A program made the position numbers and the translations under genes. DNA of 24,948 nucleotides from Lepidodermella squamata. Its lineage: Eukaryota; Animalia; Gastrotricha. This document shows, piece after piece, positions 1 through 9,580 of the stretch. The stretch spans positions 1-24,948 of the forward strand of contig JBLDXI010000106.1 of the NCBI GenBank assembly GCA_047495785.1. The letters run 5' to 3'. The notes below the pieces were generated by a model. The model did not search any database. It was not told where the DNA came from and saw only the letters and a list, made by a program, of their open reading frames with translations. The stretch's first letter is position 1, and the number at the start of each line of letters is the position of its first letter.

Positions 1-20
1 CGTGCGCTAGGGTCGAGTAA
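1..20 (+). CDS. 3' end of an upstream paralog of the Cys-repeat secreted protein family (...C-A-R-V-E-stop)
   Basis: tgc gct agg gtc gag taa (3-20) matches the ends of gene A (CAKVED*) and gene B (CAKVDG*). The next ~60 nt (gtgtggc...ggagagcag...cagattagtc) align with the gene A 3' UTR. The 20-mer aatgaataaagcgataaaaa at 813-832 recurs at 4112-4131. Confidence 0.8.
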
Positions 21-306
21 TACCCGTGTGTGGCGGGAATTGGAGAGCAGGAGCGGCTAACAGATTAGTCGAGAGATTGTTAGAGAAAATTATGTGAAGA
101 CTGTGCCGTATAATAATCATTAACGTATTCAATAAGGTTATACATACCGTATAATTATTGCTTGTGAGGGGTGAGGGATTTGATTGAGAGTAAGTTTCAT
201 TATACTCCTGTTTTGCAGGTCAAAGGTCACACGTGCATACGTGATCAAAACGTGTGATCAAAACGCTAAACTTTTAAGTTGTTGCTTGTTGTTAAGTTGG
301 TGGGGG

Positions 307-346
307 TTTCGTCATTTCGTCATTTCGTCATTTCGTCAATTCGTCA
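307..346 (+). repeat. (TTTCGTCA)x5 tandem repeat in the foldback element; mirror (TGACGAAA)x~4 at 656-687
   Basis: Read directly from the sequence. Confidence 0.9.
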
Positions 347-379
347 CTTTGAAAAACTTCCAAAAGACCGAAAAAACTT

Positions 380-468
380 AAAAAAAATAAAAAAAATGAT
401 ATGAGCTGGAGTCGAACTATCAACCTCTGGTTTCGAGTGCTAGTGCTGGAACCACTAAGCAAGCAAGT
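380..468 (-). promoter_or_regulatory. Mirror tRNA-derived Pol III A/B box unit in the left arm of the foldback element
   Basis: Minus strand: TTGCTTAGTGG (462-452) and GTTCGACTCC (417-408), again 45 nt apart, followed by T runs (plus-strand A runs at 380-396). Confidence 0.6.
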
Positions 469-555
469 TGTCTTAAAATCGTGTGCATCTATCTTGTTGA
501 AGTATGCTTTAACTGGGGCCTATATCAATTGATTCTAAGACGGGTCCCATGTGTC

Positions 556-637
556 TCCTGTGTGGTTTAGTGGTTCAAGCTATAGCTCAGGAATCCAGAG
601 GTTGATAGTTCGACTCCAGCTCACAACATTTTTTTTT
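556..637 (+). promoter_or_regulatory. tRNA-derived Pol III type-2 promoter (A box + B box) followed by oligo-T
   Basis: A box TGGTTTAGTGG at 563-573 and B box GTTCGACTCC at 608-617, starts 45 nt apart as in tRNA (positions 8 to 53). T run at 629-637. No convincing cloverleaf. Confidence 0.65.
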
Positions 638-1489
638 ATATTTTTTTTTCCATGGTGACGAAATGACGAAATGACGAAACGATGAAACTACCACACTAGC
701 AACAACCTAAAAGTTTAGTGTTTTGATCACACGTTTTGATCACGTGTGCACGTGTGACCTTTAACCCGCAAAACGGGAGTATAATGTTAGTGATAATCGC
801 GATAATAGTGATAATGAATAAAGCGATAAAAAAAACATAGTCGAATTTTATGTAATGTTAACATATTGAACAATGACCCATAGGCAATGTCGACTCCAGA
901 ATTCAGTTCAGTTCACATCAGATACACTTAAGGGCTGTTTAGTTGACGTCACTTGCCCGTAGAACGCGCTATTTTCAGCTATTTTTAGTGAAGTCGCCCT
1001 TCTTGCGCGAAGCTAATATTTTACTAACGTAATGTCAACTGTAGATACAGTGAAGATGAGAAGTCAGCGGTCCGGCCATTTCTCGTGTTTATGCTTCCAC
1101 CTTCAGACACTTCCAAGATGCTTCGAAGCAAACTCAAACCAGACACCAGGCACGGCCCACGAACAGTGTATCTAATTTGTTTTAATTACGAAAGAAATTC
1201 GGCTGTTTTTATCACGATGGTGAGATCTTGCAGCCTACAGCCTTCAAATTGGTTTTGAAGTGTTCCATACCAACACTTTCAGGGAAGCAAGTTTTAGGAA
1301 GCTCATTCAAGATTTTACCTGCTGAACAATTTTTTTCATAAATACAGCTCATTCATTCATTCAGGAATAATGACATAATTAAGGGGTAGTGATGACTTAG
1401 GGCTCGTTCCAGAAATCAGAGCGACAATGTTGTACCTGTCGCACATCTGTGAATCCATCCCTTCATCACGAGGAAATTGAAAGAAGTGT

Positions 1490-1940
1490 TTTACGAGAAT
1501 AAATGTATTCTGACAATAAATGAGGTCAAACCTTGCTTCGCCAGCATTTTGAATGCGGCAATATCGACTGCTAAGAATAGCTGTCAGGCCAGCTGCGCAA
1601 TTTCTTCATATTAGCTCTGTCAGAAAGCGACCAATACAGTAATGCTTAAGTTATGTTGTGAATAATAATTACCTAAGCAAATTATATTTTCAAATGGCAG
1701 TTTATTAATAATAAAATTAATTATCATATTAGCAATATGGTATTTCTAGCTATTGGTGCTAGCAAACAATAGCTGCGTATCTGCCCCCACAACCACGCTG
1801 TTTTTCGGTAGAAAATACTCTTTTTGAAGTCGAGTTAAAAATAATTCCGCCCATAAAAATCGTCAACCGACCGGCCGAAGTGTCATTTGTTCATACATCT
1901 TATCGTTTTTTACTAAACCGTCAACAGAAACGTTTCTTAT
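1490..1940 (+). promoter_or_regulatory. Conserved upstream/promoter region of gene A
   Basis: Blocks alignable to 6675-7080 (acgagaataaa, gacaataaatgagg, tacagtaatgc, tattggtgc.agcaaa, ctgccccc.caacc.cgct). TATA-like CATAAAA at 1852 and Inr-like TCATT at 1883. Confidence 0.6.
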
Positions 1941-3913
1941 ATGATGAGTTTCAGACTGACTGTCCTCGCAGCGACTTTTAGCATTGCCTTTAGCCGTAAG
2001 TTCTTTTAATCCGTCATTCACTCGTGTCAAACTCGTTTCTCAGAAACTACTGTCAGCCCTGCGAAGCCTGTCGACTGTTCGACTGGAGTGAGCACGACCA
2101 GCGCGTTTGATACCGATGGCATGCTACAGGATTTCAACAATCGTAACCTGTACTGCCCCGATGGCAGCTACCTGGCGTCGTGGAGGACCAAGTTCACTCC
2201 CTCTCCGTCTGGTTGGTCGTCTCAGTCATCCCAGTATGAATACAAGTGCTGTAAGTCCACGGTAGTCGGGAAGTGCAGACAAGTCATCAATGACCTGACT
2301 GATAGCAATGGCTTCGATGTCGTCTCCATGGACAAACAAGATATCAAGTGTAACGCCAATGAGGTTCTGAAAGGCTTCTACTTGTCCGCATGGTGGAATC
2401 AGATCAGATATAACTACACTTGCTGCGAGGTTTGTTGCGAAATCATGGCGTCCGAATGTACCTATGAACCTCACTAAGAGGCCCGACTGGGTACGGGTAT
2501 AGTCTCAGGAATGTTTGGGTAACAAGCCTGAAGGTGCCTCTTTCTAGGGTTGTCTATCATGAAACCACGATTGTGCACTCGCATGGTGGAATTGTCTGAA
2601 TGAATTGAAGAAATCTGTCAGTTTTCATTTAATCTGGTTAAAATTACTACTTTGCACAATTTTGAAATATTTAGGTAATCTGTAATTGTGCGAAACAGCG
2701 CACGGGCACACGCTTTAGGGCCTCCACGCGCGTTCTCCACGGGCCCCCAACACGTCATCTTGACGTCATCCTATTGAAAATTATTTAAAAAAAGATAGCA
2801 TCTAGAAAAAAGTCGAATTTTTCATTCGGATGACGTCAAGATGGCCAAGCCTGTTTGTAAACCGGTGCCATCTCCCTGGGGGTTAGGTAGCATTAAAAAT
2901 GGAAAACTTCATTATTATCCTACGGATTACCGCGCGCTGCCACAATATTCTTAAACATTTCGCCTTGGCAAGTCCACTTTTACCCTCTGATTGCGCAGTG
3001 ATTTTTGGCGTCGGGCACTACCCTGCACCTCTCATGTGCTTTTCATTCCCAGGTTGACAGTGCGTATGATATCAAAACAACGGCGCTAATAACCAATTAC
3101 GACAAGGCAAGCAACAAAACGACGTCTTTCAACAATCACAATCTCACCTGTGCGGACGGTGAGCTGCTACAGCGGTGGCACCTGCAACGCGATGTAGCCC
3201 AGGGCATGATACGCTTCGAATACACATGTGCTAAAATCGCTATGCGTGAGTTGCATAGCTACAGGTGTTAAAGAAATAACATTGCTTCTCTGTAGCTGCC
3301 AAGTGGTACGAGAAGTGCTCCAATACCACGCTGAAAACCGGCTTGAGAGATGACCCCGATGGAAACATGCTCCAGCTCACTTATCTTAACATTGATTGTC
3401 GCGCGAATAATTACATCACTTCATTCGGACTGACGAGGCCGAATGGAAACGCCACCCAGTACACCTACACGTGCTGCGCAGCTCCTTTCGCTTCGTCGTG
3501 CCGCAAAGTACAGAGCAGTTGGACCCCCGCCTACTACGGCGACACCAATTTCCTTGACCGCCAAAATGTCAAATGCAATTCTAATGAGGTCCTGCGAAGC
3601 GTAGTCCAGGTTCTGGACCCCTGGAAAATTCCCGAAGGTTTAATCAGCTACTTCTACACCTGCTGCTCGGTGCGAATTTCCTAAATAGTAAGGCCGACGT
3701 TTTAGAGAAATTTGTTTTTAGGTCACGGGGAAGGTTACCACCACTAGCCTTTCGACCAGTGAATACGTGGATGATCCCAAGGGCAAAACGTATCCTCTGG
3801 TCGGCCAACGCCCAACCTGCCCCGATGGGAAGTTGCTGCAACAGTTCCAACTGGTGCGAAGAGCCAGTAACACCCACCGCTACGAGTTCACCTGCGCTAA
3901 GGTCGAGGACTAA
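1941..3913 (+). CDS. Gene A: secreted Cys-rich six-repeat protein, 399 aa, 5 exons (1941-1995, 2044-2429, 3053-3245, 3296-3669, 3722-3913)
   Basis: All introns are GT-AG (48, 623, 50, 52 bp; phases 1,0,1,0) and the joined exons give 1200 nt in frame. The N-terminus MMSFRLTVLAATFSIAFS looks like a signal peptide. Six repeats end in Y/F-x-Y/F-x-C-C/A. Exon structure is identical to gene B. AATAAA at 4116-4121. Confidence 0.88.
2756..2843. repeat. Intronic inverted repeat with perfect 16-bp arms, each containing TGACGTCA
   Basis: catcttgacgtcatcc (2756-2771) / ggatgacgtcaagatg (2828-2843), with weaker inner pairing tgaaaatt/aatttttca. Located in intron 2 of gene A. Confidence 0.85.
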
Positions 3914-4519
3914 GCTTGTGTGGCATGCACGGGAGAGCAGCAGCAGCCTGCAGATTAGTCAGCAGATTTATAGTCGAAGTGTGAGCAGTATGAAACAGTG
4001 TGAGCGTTGTACCGCATAAGCCTTATATATTGTTATATAAGACATTTTATTGTATCGATAATATGTATTTGAGAGGGAAGTGAGTCGGGGTCAGATTGGC
4101 GACGAACATGGAATGAATAAAGCGATAAAAAGAATGTGGAATAGATATAAAATTCACTCGTAAGTTTGTCATCTCAGCGGTTTGCTATGGGCAAGAATCA
4201 CTACGCTTCAAAGCTTTCACACCAGAAAATGGCTGGGGTAAAAGTATAGCTTTGAGGTTGAAACCAATCCGAAATTCTACATTTGAACTTTGAATAAATG
4301 TTTTAAATGTTTGGATAAATCGACCGCGAACAATCTTTTTACGATGGCTAACGCTGCTTCAGTAATCAAACCGTTTGACGAAATTACGCAATCGAAACTT
4401 TCAGCTTCAATTACTCCGCAGCAGGAAACGATTTTGGCATCTCCTTTTGTAGTTTGTTAGCGGTTATAAGAGCAGTCGACGCTATCTACGTGAAACCAAG
4501 TGTCAAATAACCCCGTGGA

Positions 4520-4662
4520 CAAGGCCGGAGGAAACTGTTGGCTGCTCAGTCGAAACCCACAGGGGAACCTCACCCCCAAGCGCTCAGCTGGGCCCCGATC
4601 AGAGAATTGCCTATTGCCTATAGGGGCCCATGGTCAAGTTCAGGTGTCATGATCCGGCACTG
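4520..4662. mobile_element. 143-bp hAT-like MITE with 8-bp target-site duplication
   Basis: Direct repeat cccgtgga at 4512-4519 and 4663-4670. TIRs caaggccgga / tccggcactg (8 of 10 match). Internal tgggcccc/ggggccca inverted motif. An 8-bp TSD with CA...TG ends is typical of hAT. Confidence 0.8.
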
Positions 4663-5343
4663 CCCGTGGAGTAAATATTTTACTTATGAAAATATTTATA
4701 TTTCATTAATCAGCCGAGTTGTGAATCGCAGCACACTTAGAAGCCTTTTGGAATGATTAATGCAAGTTGCCTTACAGTCGCCTTGGAGCGGCTCTAAGGC
4801 GCCTTAGGCCTCATCAAACACGTCCTCAAAATGTGAAGGAAGATCAATTCACCCCATTCTCACTTGACCGTGATCTGCATTTTAGGCGCGCTATTTTAGG
4901 CTAATTTAGGCTATTTTAGGGTGACGTTGAAGTTAATTTTCTCCTGAATTTCGGACTTGTACATTTTCATGCGCGCGCGCGAGGGAGGGCTGCAATTATT
5001 TGTTGCGCAATAAATGCGAGCGAGGCGTATTTACGCGTAAAACGAGCCAACCAATAGGAGCGCGCGCGCGGAGGAAACACCGGCGGGCCGGAAAATGTGC
5101 CAATTCATTATCCCATTCGCATTGGGCGGAACCGATGGCAGGAATATTAATAATAGAAATATTGTGAATCTGTTTCGATAATAAATGAAAAACACCGTTA
5201 AAATTAAATCCAGGTTTGAATGACCACGAAAGCGATTATGTGGATACCACATGCATCATTGGATAGGTCATTGCGAGAGGAGTAAAGTGCTATAAAATTT
5301 GGGACATAATCGGTCTTTATATTTAATTGTCGTAATAATAATA

Positions 5344-5445
5344 AAATGGCGCCCCTTTCATACGCAACGTGACGATGGCTTCCAACAAAGCTATGCAAAT
5401 TATTCGATCAAATATAACTATACTTGCTGCCACGTAGGTACTTAG
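5344..5445 (+). pseudogene. Possible decayed fragment of another Cys-repeat exon (mirror at 24749-24850, minus strand)
   Basis: Translates to KWRPFHTQRDDGFQQSYANYSIKYNYTCCHVG, resembling WHLQRD... and IRYNYTCCE of genes A/B, with a GT donor-like site after the CC+1 codon. No intact upstream frame found. Confidence 0.4.
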
Positions 5446-6674
5446 GCGCCACGCGCCACACGCCGGACTGAATTGAGACATTAGTATTTAGTATCTAGCA
5501 TTAGTATATATTATATTTAGATGGTATAAATTGTCAGACCAGAGGGCGCTGAGAGTTTATTCCTGTGCTTGTATCGCAAGTTTGGCAAACTTTCTAAGCG
5601 ACAAAAGCTTTCAAGTTCGCGTCGGCGATGAACTGAGCGAGCCCCAGGAAATCAAATGCGGCTTCACTCGGGAATTTCTTTGAGCTCGCTTCTCTACATC
5701 TTTCACTGTGCTGACATGCAACCTCAGAGAATCAACCCCAGCGACCAGCGATTGTCAGAAACTTGTGGATGCAGTACCTCCAAGGTTATAGTGGAGGAAA
5801 AAAAGAAGTCCTCTATCAACACTCAGAAGATTCGATTCGTGCTGAAATATGATTACTTTATCGATAACTGTAAGCGGCCGTTGAACAATATAACGCAGCC
5901 GATCGTGTCGAAATCGGCTTTTGAAATCGATTGCAAGGCGAATCAATTATCACCGATTGTTAAATCTTGTAACAGCGGGTAGCCCTCGCAATTCTATACT
6001 TACTGAAAGCGGCCGCTGAACGAGAACGCTGCCGCGGTTCAGATTCTATTTCGCTGATTGCCAAGTTCTCCCATGGAAACTGAATGGTTACTGCGCTATC
6101 GCTTACCGCTTATCGCTATCCCGCAGTTCATCCCGCACTTTTGCGGTGGGTTGCTGGATAGGGACAATGTGCTGCTGGCGTTTCGCATGACGTTTTTGTA
6201 CTGAGTGGAGCTTAACCATACTAAAAGCTCAAGATTTTTCTTATTTTAACTATTTTCAAGTCTAAACCTAAACCGATATCAAAATAACATTTCGAGCGTT
6301 TTGTACTAAGCCACAGCTGATTTAGTCTTTTCGTCCTCATGTTGCTATGATTATTATTGGGGGTGCATGATTCTTTTTCGATGCTTTTTCGACTGATTTT
6401 TCGGATCTTTGGATGGAGGATCCAACCTTCTCTTGCTGATTCGCTGAATGCAATGACTTTTTTCATGCAGTCAATATCTACGGGACAAGATAACATTTTT
6501 AATTTTTTCGGATCATATTAAATTAATCAGAAATAAACGATATTTCATATTGGCTTGCTGACTAATATCTAGAATAACATCATTAAGAGGCATAGCTGAT
6601 CAATCGCATTAGCGCAGCTCATTGTTAATCGCGATAAATTTCGCGATTCCACTCGCAAACTGTGAAACTGCTCC

Positions 6675-7080
6675 ACGAGAATAAAAGCCATTGGACAATA
6701 AATGAGGCCATGCCTTGCCGTAGCGCCGCTTTACACTCGTAAATTTCGTCCAATTCGCGCTGCGCTGCCAAAGGGCGACCTTTACAGTAATGCCGAAGTT
6801 GAGATGCGAATAATAATTGTTAAACATATTTGTTTAAAATAATAAAATGTATTTTTACACTAGGTATATATTTTACTAGGTATTGGTGCCAGCAAAAATT
6901 GCTGCCTCTCTGCCCCCGCAACCGCGCTCTTTCCGTCGGAAAGTGTGCTCAGTTGTCGTTGAGTTTAAGATAATACCGTCCATAAACATCCGCAAGAAGC
7001 TCAACCGGCAGCAGTGTCATTTAGTCATTCACCTATTTTTGCCTTGCAAATTCAACTGCCGATTGCAAACTTTCCGTAAG
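6675..7080 (+). promoter_or_regulatory. Conserved upstream/promoter region of gene B (mirror at 23114-23519)
   Basis: Homologous to 1490-1940. CATAAA at 6981 and TCATT at 7017. Confidence 0.6.
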
Positions 7081-8689
7081 ATGAGTTTCGGACTGGCTGT
7101 TATCGCGGCGATTTTCAGCATTGCCTTTTGCCGTAAGATACCGAGCCTTGAATCCAATATTAGCCCATGTTGCATTCTTCTCTTCAGAAACTACGGTTAG
7201 CCCTGCGAAGCCTGTCGATTGCTCCACTGGAGTGAGCACCACCGACGCGTTCTACACCGATGGCATGCTATACGATTTCAACAATCGTTATGTCAACTGC
7301 CCCAACGGCAGCTACCTGGCGTCGTGGAGGACCAAGTTCACTCCGTCTTCGTCTGGCTGGTCGGCTCAGTATGAATACAAGTGCTGCAAGGCCCCGATAG
7401 TCAAAACGTGCAGGCAGGTTGCCAATGACCTCACTGAAAGCAATAGCTTTGGTATCGTCTCACTGGAGAAGCAGGATATCAACTGCAACGCCAATGAAGT
7501 TCTTAAAGGCTTCTCCCTGTCCGCATGGTGGACTCAAATCAGATACAGCTACACTTGCTGCGAGGTTAGTAGCCAGGTCATGACGCCTGAACCTTTGTGC
7601 TCATCTACATGTTCCCTTTTTCGCGGGAATTTAAAGAGGACAGTAACAGTTAGCAGGCAACCGTTTGAAGCGGCCCCTCCGTTGTCTACTAGGACATCTC
7701 GCAATGGTAGCCTTCAGCCTGTTTATAAAATTTACCCAAGTCTATTGGGCACTAGCCACTCTCGTACCAACGTTCATATCACTGATCTGCACCCTCTCAT
7801 GTATTTTTCCTTTTTGGCCAGATTTTTGCCCCATATGATCTTAACAAAAGGGCGCTGACAACCACTTACGACACGGCAAGTAACAGAACGACGTCGTTTG
7901 GCCGTCACAATCTGACATGCGCGGATGGCGAGCTGCTGCAGAGGTGGCACTTGCAACGCGATGTAACTCAGGGCATGATACGCTTCGAATACACCTGCGT
8001 TGGTTTCATCCCTCGCCGTAAGTTGCGAAGCAGCGGTTAAAACGTCAATAACATTGCTTTACTGTAGCTCCCAAGTGGTATGAGCAGTGCTCCGGTGCCA
8101 TCCTGAAAGCCCAGTTGGTCAATGATCCCAACGGGAACGTGTACAGCTTCACATATCCTCCTGTCATGCTGGATTGTGGCGACAAAAATTACCTGACTTC
8201 ATTCGGACTGACCAGGCCTAATGGAACCTCCGCCCAGTACACGTACACGTGCTGTGCTGCTCCTTCTCTCGTTGCGTCGTGCATCTACGTGGAGAACGAT
8301 TATACTTTCGGGTACTACGGCAACACCGATTTCCTTGACAGACAAAATGTCAAATGCAATGCTAACCAGGTCCTGCAGAAAGTGTTACTGGGTATGGACC
8401 GCATGATTTCTGAAGGTAGAATTGGCTACTCCTACGCTTGCTGCTCGGTGCGAATTCCAAAGATCCAACCGCTGATACTTTACAAAGATTTTTTTAGGTC
8501 TGGGGTACGCTCATCACTACTAAACATGCGACCGATGATTTCGTCGATGATGCCCAGGGCAAAACATTCCCCCTCGTCGGCCAACGCCCGACCTGTCCCG
8601 ATGGTAAGTTGCTGCAACAGTTCCAACTGGTGCGCACTAGTCACATCACTCACCGATACGAGTACACCTGCGCTAAGGTCGATGGCTAG
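7081..8689 (+). CDS. Gene B: secreted Cys-rich six-repeat protein, 398 aa, 5 exons (7081-7132, 7188-7564, 7822-8017, 8068-8447, 8498-8689)
   Basis: GT-AG introns (55, 257, 50, 50 bp) at the same positions and phases as gene A. 1197 nt in frame. Signal-peptide-like MSFGLAVIAAIFSIAFC. Ends RYEYTCAKVDG*. Confidence 0.88.
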
Positions 8690-8822
8690 GATTGTGTCGC
8701 GTGAGCTGATTGTGGATTGCTGATTAGCTAACAGATTGACAGCAGAGGATGTTTGACAGTTTTACCACAATAACATCATATAATTATTATATTATAAGAT
8801 TAAAAACCGTATATAAACGACT

Positions 8823-9434
8823 ATGGACGATGAACTTACTGCCAGTTACTTGCGTCGCGTCTTCGGTAGTACGATGTTTGGCCGCCGTCGCCTGTTGTGC
8901 TGGGACAGTTTTCGCGCTCACATAAGTAAAAATACGAAAAAAGAACTTAGTCGCTATGGCCTAGACATCGCCGTGATACCGGGAGGGACTACTAAATATT
9001 TGCAAGCCCCGGATGTTGTATGGAATCGTGAATTCAAGAGGAAGTTGGTCGAGCTGTACGATGAGTACTTGGCCGACTCGAGTCAGCATTCTTTCACAAA
9101 AGGTGGGAATATGAGGGCCCCCAGTTACGAGGTGGTCTGCTCGTGGATCCTTGAAGCTTGGAGGTCAATTAAGTTGGAGCTAATCGAGGATTCCTTCAAG
9201 CAATGTGGTGTTACGGTCGCTCTAGATGGCTCGGAAGATGACCTGATATCCTGTCTCAAACCAGGAAAGCCATGTCGGGGTGCCTATGATTTACTGAAGT
9301 CGACGAAAGCTCTGCCAACAAGCCAAACTGTTGCGGATGATGAAGAGGAGGGCAAGAAAAACGACTGCGAGTCTCCTGAAGGTGATGATGACGAGGAGGA
9401 TGAAGTTTTACTTGCCGATGAACAAAATGATTAA
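8823..9434 (+). pseudogene. pogo-family DDE_1 transposase C-terminal fragment, 203 aa
   Basis: Motifs LLCWDSFRAH, IPGGTTKYLQAPDVVWNREFK, WILEAW, SFKQCG and an acidic tail. The N-terminal HTH domains and first catalytic Asp are missing. Confidence 0.88.
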
Positions 9435-9580
9435 TTTTGACAATTCACTATGTGTTGAAAAGAGGGTTCGAAAAAATAAAGGTCAGGCCTCAAATAAAGA
9501 GCGGTCTCAAATATAAGACGGGGTTCCGTGTTGGTTTGAAACAAATATAGGACAGGCCCAACATTTCAGGCAGTACGGTA
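8823..9580 (+). mobile_element. 5'-truncated pogo/Tigger-like (Tc1-mariner superfamily) DNA transposon
   Basis: DDE ORF, then subterminal aaata(t)aagac/gg-type repeats at 9474-9556 and a terminal ...cagtacgg|TA at 9580, the CCGTA-type end. No matching left TIR. Confidence 0.8.

Larger units (their letters stand above)
198..786. mobile_element. Foldback/MITE-like non-autonomous element with long imperfect inverted arms
   Basis: cattatactcctgttttgc...gtcacacgtgca...gtgatcaaaacgtgtgatcaaaac (from 198) is the near reverse complement of gttttgatcacacgttttgatcac...gcaaaacgggagtataatg (ending 786). The symmetry continues inward through (TTTCGTCA)n/(TGACGAAA)n, A/T runs and tRNA-like segments. A TA target duplication is possible but not certain. 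Confidence 0.85.

Noticed and set aside
556-630. Functional tRNA gene
   Set aside because: A/B boxes are present, but acceptor, anticodon and T stems do not pair convincingly and the unit lies inside a repeat.
3759-4019. 86-aa ORF resembling the tail of the 8115-8723 ORF
   Set aside because: It is an off-frame reading of exon 5. The spliced frame (3722-3913) carries the repeat motif.
4794-5070. 14-bp palindrome ctaaggcgccttag and short (GC)n runs; also ccatgtgcacatgg at 15472-15485
   Set aside because: Short and isolated, with no supporting context.
5656-6827. Short ORFs of 63-108 aa (and their mirrors; also those at 14162-15339)
   Set aside because: No motifs or splice-consistent structure. 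They recur only because of the palindrome or lie within a MITE.
7121-7858. 245-aa ORF (also 2088-2477, 3005-3271, 3343-3684, 8115-8723 and their mirrors) as standalone genes
   Set aside because: They are exons read through into introns. Similarity between paralogs stops at the GT/AG sites.
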